From Eledone cirrhosa (taxonomy: Eukaryota), in NCBI GenBank assembly GCA_964016885.1, contig OZ024741.1, positions 82,708,001 through 82,772,000 of the forward strand: a stretch of DNA of 64,000 nt, written 5' to 3'. Within the stretch, counting starts at the first letter, position 1; each line of letters opens with the position of its first letter. The notes under the pieces are model-generated. The model saw only the letters and a program-made list of their open reading frames with translations, did no database searches and was not told the origin of the DNA. This document shows, piece after piece, positions 55,401 to 64,000 of the stretch. Position numbers and translations under genes: made by a program.

Positions 55401-56926
55401 CAATCACCTCCTCTTCATGGACGATCTTAAGCTCTTCGGGAAAAGTGAGAAGGAGTGGGATGTGCTTGTTGACACTGTCCGTATTTTCAGCAGTGATATA
55501 TGTATGCAGTTTGGTATTGTTAAATGTGGAGTCATTGTGATGAAGAGGGGTAGGTTGAGCAGAAGTAACGGGATCCAGATACCAACAGGTGAGATGATAA
55601 AAGAAATTGACTCTGAGGAAGGATACAAGTATTTGGGCGTTCTGGAGGCTGATGGCATAAAGAAAAAAAAAATGAAGGAATTGTTAAGAACTGAATACAT
55701 TCGGAGAGTAAGGAGCGTATTGAAGTCACATCTGAACAGCAGAAATGCCATAAGCGCAGTAAATTCCCGAGCTGTGTCTATTATTAGGTACAGTGCGGGA
55801 ACTCTGAGATGGAATGTTGCTGAACAGAAAGAAATGGATAGGAAGACTAGGAAGCTATTGACTATCTACAACATGTTCCACAAGAGGAGTGATGTCGATA
55901 GACTCTACCTAAGGAGATCTGAGGGTGGAAGAGGTCTTATCAGCATAGAGGACTGTGTACAGATGGAGAAAAACAACCTATACAAATACGTGACCTATAG
56001 TAAGGAGCCAATGCTCAGAGCTGTACTGAAGGAGGGGACAGTAGGCCAGGGTATGTCCAGGGAGGAAATAACATCAAGGAGGAAGAGCAGCCTTAAGGGA
56101 AAACCCCTTCATAGTACCTTCTTTGAGAAAACTGAATTTAGAGATCCACAGACATGGAACTGGTTGAGAAGAGGAGACCTCAAAAAGGCTACAGAAGGAA
56201 TGCTAATGGCTGCGCAGGAGCAGGCCCTCAAAACGAAGTGGTTGAAGCACCATATCTACAAGGAGGAGGCCAGCCCACTGTGCAGGATCTGTGGAGAGAG
56301 AGAGGAGACTGTGGCTCACATTGTGTCCGAGTGGAAACACCTAGCCCAGACCCACTATAAGGGCTGGAGACACGATGTAATGGGCAGGGTGATCCACTGG
56401 CACCTGTGCAAAGTAAACAATTTACCACATTCTGAGAAATGGTATGAGCATAGGCCAGAGGCGGTGATGGAGAACAATCAGGTGAAGGTGCTGTGGGATT
56501 TTAGGATACAGACGGACAAAAAACTGGAACACAATAGACCTGACCTGGTGGTTGTGGACAAAGAAAAAAGATCGTGCCTGATTGTGGATGTGGCCTGCCC
56601 GTTCGACACGAGAGTGCAAGAGAAGGAGAGGGAGAAAATTAACCGATACCAGGACCTAAAGTGGGAGGTGAAAAGGATTTGGAACTGCCATGAAGTCAAA
56701 GTGATCCCGATTGTCATAGGCGCACTGGGGACTATCTCCAAAAGTTTCCAGGGATGGTTAAAGAAAATCGGCCCCTTCACGCTTTTTGGAACGCTTCAAA
56801 AGGCATGCTTGCTTGGAACAGCAAGAACCCTCCGATACGTCCTGAATATCTGAGGCTGCAGGTAGTGGCTTGATATTCAATCCAACGGACTTTCCAGTTA
56901 ACCAACATCAATGACTGAGATTCAAG

Positions 56927-56927
<1 letters not shown>
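52424..56927 (+). mobile_element. R4/Dong-type element, near full-length copy C with an open ORF
   Basis: ~1-kb 5' UTR, single ORF, 74-bp 3' UTR, (AAT)n flanks. Confidence 0.93.
53461..56853 (+). CDS. RT / zinc knuckle / restriction-like endonuclease polyprotein, 1130 aa
   Basis: WKSPGPDG, YRPITCL, WIDYRKAFD, GIFQGDSLSP, HLLFMDDLKL, YKYLG, CRIC..ETVAHIVSE(W), RPD..D..K. Confidence 0.93.
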   Translation: METRTSCDRLSPNRCPLAQQQEPDCQPNTADVGGRRRRKGARTNWTKELNRTVMQCYLKSNPKERGYRRRMHNIWNEIGLFKLDEQKLAGQARVIRTNGWISELELEELSRENGLEMAGVVCQTSEPVGNEGEEVLRTEEPPEADNDLSTEINNTWNRDTATEEMNADGLGQDSVDILNLVVDELNNDSGRPMNLRFVDRKKLKETTAKVNKVIPYLEARSLHQCNNILRATANTVRKLLGIKARGNNRQERAEPWWKKRLSGQIGEMRNDIGKLESLLNGTLKNIGTKNRLEIKYKTRSKKLNIIIEELKQRIVAKSAKIRRYENRVSQYKQNRMFDNNQKMLFGQLEGKERGNDLIPGAEQTKTFWRGIWEQDVRHNAQAGWIETVQREIGEQAQQQTDLSITVETLKGQAKKLTNWKSPGPDGVQGYWIKHLTSLHPKLTAMFNDCLVSGEVPEWLTKGTTVLIMKDRIKGNDATKYRPITCLPVMWKLLTSIVSEEIYHHLHTNNLLPDEQKGCRKKSRGTKDQLLIDKMAMGNGRRRHTDLAMGWIDYRKAFDMVPHSWITKSLEIFRVADNIRQLLRRSMGSWETELTSTGVSLGSVKIKRGIFQGDSLSPLLFVLALMPLTIMLRKVRAGYKLGRGELTINHLLFMDDLKLFGKSEKEWDVLVDTVRIFSSDICMQFGIVKCGVIVMKRGRLSRSNGIQIPTGEMIKEIDSEEGYKYLGVLEADGIKKKKMKELLRTEYIRRVRSVLKSHLNSRNAISAVNSRAVSIIRYSAGTLRWNVAEQKEMDRKTRKLLTIYNMFHKRSDVDRLYLRRSEGGRGLISIEDCVQMEKNNLYKYVTYSKEPMLRAVLKEGTVGQGMSREEITSRRKSSLKGKPLHSTFFEKTEFRDPQTWNWLRRGDLKKATEGMLMAAQEQALKTKWLKHHIYKEEASPLCRICGEREETVAHIVSEWKHLAQTHYKGWRHDVMGRVIHWHLCKVNNLPHSEKWYEHRPEAVMENNQVKVLWDFRIQTDKKLEHNRPDLVVVDKEKRSCLIVDVACPFDTRVQEKEREKINRYQDLKWEVKRIWNCHEVKVIPIVIGALGTISKSFQGWLKKIGPFTLFGTLQKACLLGTARTLRYVLNI

Positions 56928-56984
<57 letters not shown>

Positions 56985-56989
<5 letters not shown>

Positions 56990-57382
56990 CAGACCTAACC
57001 TGGTGGTTTTGGACAAGGAAAAAAGAGCGTGCCTGATTGTGGATGTGGCCTGCCCATTCGACACGAGAGTGCAAGAGAAGGAGATGGAGAAAACTAACCG
57101 ATACCAGAACTTAAAGTGGGAGGTAAACAGGATTTGGAACTGCCATGAAGTGAAAGTGGTCCCGATTGTCATAGGCGCACTAGGTAATATTTCAAAAAGT
57201 TTCCAGGGATGGTTAAAAGAAATTGGCCCCGCCACGCTTTTTGGAACGCTTCAAAAGACATGCTTGCTGGGAACAGCAACAACCCTCCGATACGTCCTGA
57301 ATATCTGAAGCTGCAGGTAGTGGCTTGATATTCATTTCAACAAACTTTCCAGTTAACTAACATCAATCACTGAGACTCAAAG
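56985..57382 (+). mobile_element. R4/Dong-type element, short 3' copy D
   Basis: RLE C-terminus and the same 3' UTR. Confidence 0.88.
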
Positions 57383-57385
57383 AAC

Positions 57386-57432
<47 letters not shown>

Positions 57433-57433
<1 letters not shown>

Positions 57434-58920
57434 CGGGAAGAGTGAGAAGGAGTTGGATGTGCTTGTTGACACTGTCCGTATTTTCTGCAATGATATATGT
57501 ATGCAATTTGGTATTAGTAAGTGTGGAGTCCTTGTGATGAAGAGGGGTAAATTGAGCAGAAGCAACGGAATCCAGGTACCAACAGGTGAGATGATAAAGG
57601 AAATTGACACTGAAGAAGGATACAAGTATTTGGGTGTTCTGGAGGCTGATGACATCAAGAACAAAAAAATGAAGGAATTGATAATATCTGAATACATTCG
57701 GAGAGTGTGGAGAGTATTAAAGTCACATCTGAACAGTAGGAATGTAATAAGTGCAGTAAATTCCCGAGCTGTGTCTATTATTAGGTACAGTGCGGGAATT
57801 CTGAGATGGAATGTTGCTGAACAAAAAGAAATTGATAGGAAGACTAGGAAGCTATTGACTATCTACAACATGTTCCACATGAGGAGTGATGTCGATAGAC
57901 TCTACCTAAGGAGAGCTGAGGGTGGAAGAGGTCTTATCAGCATAGAGGACTGTGTTCAGATGGAGAAAAACAACCTACACAAATACGTGACTGATAATAA
58001 GAAGCCAATGCTCAGAATTGTACTGAAGGAGAGGACAATAGACCAGGGGATGTCCAAGGAGGAAATAACAACAAGGAGAAAGAGCAGCCTTTATGAAAAA
58101 TCCCTTCATAGTACCTTCTTTGAGAAAACTGAATTCAGAGATCCACAGACATGGAACTGGTTGAAAAGAGGTGACCATAAAAAGGCTACAGAAGGAATGT
58201 TAATGACTCCGCAAGAGCAGGCCTTCAAAACGAAGTGGTTGAAACACCATATTTACAAGGAGGAGGCTAGCCCACTGTGCAGGATCTGTGGAGAGAGAGA
58301 GGAGACTGTGGCTCACATTGTATCCGAGTGTAAACACCTAGCCCAGACTCACTATAAAGGCTGGAGACATGATGTGATTGGCAGGGTGATCCACTGGCAC
58401 CATTGCAAAGTAAACAATCTACCACATTCTGAGAAGTGGTATGAGCATAAGCCAGAGTCGCTGATAGAAAACGATACTGTGAAGGTGCTATGGGATTTTA
58501 GGATACAGACGGACCAGAAATTAGAATACAATAGGCCTGACATGGTGGTTTTGGACAAGGAAAAAAGATCGTGCCTGATTGTAGATATAGCCTGACCATT
58601 TGACACGAGAGTGCAAGAAAAGATAAGGGAGAAAATTAACCGATACCAGGATTTAAAGTGGGAGTTAAAAAGGATTTGGAACTGCAATGAAATCAAGGTC
58701 GTCCCGATTGTCATAGACGCACTAGGTACTATCTCAAATAGTTTCCAGGGATTGTTAAAGAAGATTAGTTCAGACCCGCTTTTTGGAATACTTCAAAAGG
58801 AATGCTGCTGGGACCAGCAAGAACCCTCCGATAGGTCCTGAATATCTGAGGCTGCAGGTAGCGGCTTCATATTCATTTCAACAAACTTTCCAGTTAAATG
58901 AAATCAATGACTGAGACTAA
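57433..58920 (+). mobile_element. R4/Dong-type element, 5'-truncated, more diverged copy E
   Basis: ORF 57453-58595, then a stop and a frameshift; same 3' UTR. Confidence 0.88.
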
Positions 58921-58928
58921 AATAATAA

Positions 58929-59120
58929 TAATTGTTTCTACTTTTGGCAGAAGGTCAATAAATATCCAGTACATCACTGGTACTTTATGTTATCGACCCC
59001 GTAAGGATGAAAGGCAAAGTTAACCTCGACGGGATTTGAACTCAGAATGGCAAGGGCCGTAGCTCTATACGTCAAAGCATGGCGTCCGTCCCTCTACCGA
59101 TATTGTCAATCCATCGCCCT
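58929..59120 (-). mobile_element. tRNA-derived SINE
   Basis: Reverse complement of the 34422-34618 family. Confidence 0.78.
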
Positions 59121-59126
59121 AACTCA

Positions 59127-59180
<54 letters not shown>

Positions 59181-59182
<2 letters not shown>

Positions 59183-59440
59183 TTTCTTTATTAACCACAA
59201 GGGTTTACATAAAGTAGACATTAAGGACAGTGCAGGACAATGCAGGACGGTACAAATGGGCATTTCTGCGTGTAAAAAACAAAAACAGAGGATGTAACAA
59301 AAATAACAATGAAAAATTCCCCAATAGGGGGGAGACTTCGGAGGGACATTTGTGGAGAAAGCCCAGTAAAAAGCCACAATGACCCTGACCACCAAGGCAA
59401 GTGCCCTCTCCCAGTTTTCCACCTTTAATTTACAGATATA
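59181..59440 (-). mobile_element. 3'-end fragment of the Tx1-like LINE
   Basis: Closely matches 40889-41143; flanked by (AAT)n on both sides. Confidence 0.85.
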
Positions 59441-59558
59441 TAATAATAATAATAACAATAGTAGTATTAAAACACAATGTGTATGCTCCGATGATTCCTG
59501 TCTGGAAGAAGAAACGAGCGTCAGTAATTAAAGACAAATTTGATTGTATTATATTTTG

Positions 59559-59615
<57 letters not shown>

Positions 59616-59692
59616 CGAAGGAAATGTGGTAAGGAACCAGGTGGACCATAACGCACCAAAGTACTCAATACTTCGGGTAGTAGAGTGGGTAA

Positions 59693-59929
<237 letters not shown>

Positions 59930-59930
59930 G

Positions 59931-60003
<73 letters not shown>

Positions 60004-60114
60004 AGAATAGAAGTAAAGAATAGAATTCGAAGAGGGGCGATAAGGATTATATTTATATATAAATACATATATATATATATATTTCGCTCTACATGGCTGA
60101 ATATAATAAATGTG

Positions 60115-60612
60115 ATCAGAGTTTTTAGAATATTAATAATAACATTCGATTTGTTTGCAATTATGCAAACAAGTCTCAATTTTTTAGCCATGTCAGTAGA
60201 ATGAACACTTCAATCTTGCTCTTGTGTTGGCATGCGAACAGATCTGCAAACACTGATGTTTCTGGGTATCACCCTTCATCAGTATAGCTCACTCTTCACC
60301 TGCCACACTGTCACAGCTAATGAAAATATATGCTATTTTCAAAAATACACAGTGACTGATCGGCCTGATTTGCGGTGTATTTTTGAAAATAGCATATATA
60401 ATTTCAATAACTCTGACAGTTTGGCAGGTGAACAGTGAGCTGTACTGATGAAGGGTGATACCCAGAAACATTAGTGTCTGCAGTTCTGTCCTCATTCCAA
60501 CATGAGAGCAATAATGATGTGTTCATTCTATTGACATGGCTATAAAATTGAGGCTTGCTTGCATAATTGCAAACGAATCGAATGTTATTATTAATATTCG
60601 AAAAACTCAGAT
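60115..60612. repeat. ~500-bp imperfect palindrome with a hammerhead in each arm
   Basis: Arms of ~240 bp centred near 60360; + strand HHR 60437-60486 gagctgta-CTGATGA-a-gggt-gat-accc-a-GAAA-ca-ttag-tg-TC-tgcagttc; minus-strand copy ~60239-60290. Confidence 0.85.
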
Positions 60613-60965
60613 TATATATATATATAAATTAAAGAACTAGAGTCTAAAACAAGAAAACCGGTTTTCTTATTTTAGACTATAGTTCTTTAATTTCATAAAT
60701 TCCTTTTTTCAGATTCCTGTATAAATCTATTTTGGCCATGCTTTTTAGGTAGCCTACTTTAGCTACACTCTTTAGAAATAGTTGTATAGAATTCACTCTT
60801 AACGCTTAACCGGCTTCACCCAATCCCTCTTTGTTCTACAGGCAAGTTCATGCCCCACCTGCCGCCATGAAAGATTTAACTGTGTTCACAAAGAACTTCG
60901 AGCATTTCTTTTGATAACTACAACCTTCAGAAATGCCTGACTATCGTATGTCCATATATGGAATT

Positions 60966-61060
60966 ACCCCTTGAAGAGTTCGGCTATATCAACACCACGG
61001 TAACATTTTTATTTAGTCCAGAAATAGCTGTCGAAACATCTTGAACTCTGCTGTCGGGGT
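60966..61060 (+). ncRNA. Type I hammerhead, first core base C>T
   Basis: acccc-TTGAAGA-g..cggctat...atagctgt-c-GAAA-ca...tg-TC-ggggt; ends just before (TA)n. Confidence 0.65.
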
Positions 61061-61076
61061 TCTGACACTTTTCGTA

Positions 61077-61182
<106 letters not shown>

Positions 61183-61520
61183 AGAGAGAGAGATAGGTAG
61201 ATAGATAGATATATAGATAGATAGATAGATATTCATTTGGTAGTTCAGCTCAGGATAGAACTGGATATTCAGAATCGATGTAATATTAGAAAAGCACTCG
61301 ACGTTATACAACTCATTTTCTCTGATGTTCAAGCTTGTTGATGGTGCGAGATCGCATTTAATTATTATTGAGTAAAATGACAGGAGGCCAGGATGGTTGA
61401 ATTCCTTCAAGATTTATTATTATATACATAAAAACCCGTAGAGCAAATAAATGTCACAGGTTGCAGAACATCCTATAACATGGTGAAAGCAGCGATTCTT
61501 TGCATGAACAATAATCTGTA

Positions 61521-61652
<132 letters not shown>

Positions 61653-61739
61653 TGTGAATATGCATAAGTACACACACATATATACATATGTACGTATGGG
61701 TTTTATCGACCCCGTAAGGATGAAAGGCAAATAATAATA

Positions 61740-62797
61740 TTCGATTATTTTGTAAACAAACAGTTCGATTAAAGCTGTGCCGTGCTGATGACAAATCAAC
61801 ATCCGTTTATTCAACACCGGCATTGAGGACAATCAAAATGTTTCTTGGTCATTACCCTTCACCAGAACTGTATACCTCCCCCAGTCTGTTGAACGGTTGA
61901 AAATATATAGAATTTTCTGAAGTACACTTCGGCTGAGTAGCCTCATTTGCATACGGAGAGAGTTACGCCTAAGCGTGTCGAAAACTAAAACTAAAATACT
62001 ATATATATTCAATACTATATATTTTCAATCATCCAACAGACTGGCAAACGTATACAGTGCAGCTGAAGGGTAATGACCAATAAACATGTTGATTGTTCCT
62101 GAATGCCAGTGTTGAACATTGAAAAATGAACGATGGTTGCTAGACACTACGGCTTAATTCGGGATGTTAGTTTACAAACACACCGAGCATTATAATAAAT
62201 GTTCGGTGAATACATACGTACATATATATATATGTGTGCATGTATGTATATATATATATATACATACTACTGTACGTCTGTATACATATATGTATGTACG
62301 TATACATACTTATATTTAAGTAACAGCCGTACTAAGAGTTGGAAATGAAATTTCGTTTCATTTTTTCCGTTTATCGTTTTCGGTACCCCGGCCGATTAAC
62401 TCACTCGATATGCAAATTAGGCTGCTCAATAGTTAATATGCATAAGGAAAGTATATACTTTCAGACGTTCAATCATCTGGCAGGAAGGTATACGTTGCTG
62501 ACGATAGCTAATATGCTTGAAACTAGTACAGCGTTCCTTTGTCAGTGTTGAACAAATGAGCAACGATGGTTGCTAGACACTGTACGGCTTAATTCGGGAT
62601 GTTTGTTTACAAACACACCGAGCATTATAATAAATGTTCGGTGAATCCATACGTACATATATATATGTGTGAATGTATGTATATATACATACATACTACT
62701 GTACGCCTGTATGCATATATATATGTACGTGTACATACTTATATTTAAGTAACCGCCGTACTAAGAGTGGGAAATGAAATTTCGTTTCATTTTTGCC

Positions 62798-62801
<4 letters not shown>
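61740..62801 (+). mobile_element. Second, diverged locus of the ~425-bp retrozyme-like family (~1.8 units on + and an inverted diverged unit at 61740-61990)
   Basis: 62100-62801 aligns to the reverse complement of the array unit; HHR at 62493-62533 cgttg-CTGACGA-tagctaatatgctt-GAAA-ctag-TA-cagcg. Confidence 0.85.
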
Positions 62802-62888
<87 letters not shown>

Positions 62889-63720
62889 TGTAGAACACTG
62901 GAAGGTAATATCCGTAGTGGTAGGGCACTCAGTCTATGGGACGAGTTTAATAAAGTATTAACACAACAGTTAATTCACCGTACCGAGAGCAATTGTTCTC
63001 GGTATGGGGAACTAGCTGTTGTGTTACAACTTATATATATATATTTACATCTTCCTTTTCTCCCCCCCGCCCCTCTCTCTCTCTTCTACATATTTGTTTG
63101 ATTATATTTTTCTTAAATTGTCTATTTCTCATTTCTAGTTGACATGTTGTTACATTTATTTTGCGAATTACCTCTAGTGTATTTGTTTCATATATTCCTA
63201 TCTATGTTATTTGCTATTGAATTTATATTTTTAATAGCCCGGAATTTGTCCTAATGCTTTCATTACATGCACTATGGCGCGTATCTGTAATTCTTCAGAC
63301 ACGATATTTTCATTATTTCTGTAATATAAATATTAATTGTTAGAGCTTCTTATTTCTGAATGGTGTTTGGCTGCTTTTTCTGCCTATTCACGTCACTTAG
63401 GCAGACCGATGAGCCGGAGTATGTCTGCGATCGATGTGCGTTTTGGCTAATCAATAGAATTGCTTAGAGGTGTGACTTCATATGGATTAAGCTCCCTCTT
63501 GCTGATGATCCTAGCTTACAATTTTGAACTTCACTATTGGAAGGTGAATGATAGTCCTATTGTTATTAAAGAATTATGTGCGAGAGAGTAAACTAGTTAT
63601 TTGGTGTTCCGTGTGTACCATTTGATTATCTGTCTGTTAAACTGTCTATTGGTCATATTTTGTTGATATGTCCTTACATTTATTTTGTGAATTATGTCTA
63701 GTGTATTTGTTTGATATATT

Positions 63721-63858
63721 CAAGCGTCATTTGACGTTTGCTGTAGTATTCAAGAAGATCTGGATAATGTCATCGATTGCCGCATGAATCCATGTGATTT
63801 TACATACGGTAGTAGACTTCATAATCCAGCTCCTCGTGCACACGTCAAACAACGCTTG
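63721..63858. mobile_element. Possible small MITE
   Basis: Imperfect terminal inverted repeats caagcgtcatttgacgt / acgtcaaacaacgcttg around ~100 bp of non-coding DNA. Confidence 0.35.
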
Positions 63859-64000
63859 AAAGTAGTTTATGAATTTTAATTGCAAATCTAATTTCAAGCG
63901 AATATATCTGAATTTTTGTTCGTTTTTCTCTGAGTGTTACTTCTACATCTTTACAAACCTATTTTCAAAATATCAATAAATCGTATAGGGATAATATCGT

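Overview
An AT-rich, microsatellite-dense animal genomic window. A cephalopod (Octopus-like) source is inferred from the SINE family and repeat content and is not proven. No host protein-coding gene is evident and almost everything is transposon-derived: (i) at least six Penelope-like element (PLE; RT plus GIY-YIG) copies or fragments, most with an inverted copy of their own 3' end and bounded by (TA)n; (ii) two adjacent tandem arrays in which every unit carries a minimal type I hammerhead ribozyme (HHR), namely a 310-bp unit (~5.8 copies head-to-head with ~9.8 copies, identical by eye, 11551-16439) and a ~425-bp unit (~18.4 copies, 16857-24660, with a second locus at ~62010-62801), both resembling non-autonomous PLE-dependent retrozymes; (iii) more than ten further HHR motifs, some with variant cores; (iv) a decayed Tx1/L1-clade LINE; (v) five head-to-tail R4/Dong-type RLE retrotransposon copies in (AAT)n, one with an open 1130-aa ORF; (vi) a deleted mariner, a Helitron-like non-autonomous element and tRNA-derived SINEs. 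The most notable signal is the ribozyme-bearing satellite/PLE system with repeated fold-back structures. Ribozyme-bearing satellites are known in other animals, so whether these particular families are new cannot be judged without database searches. All alignments, folds and copy counts were made by eye.
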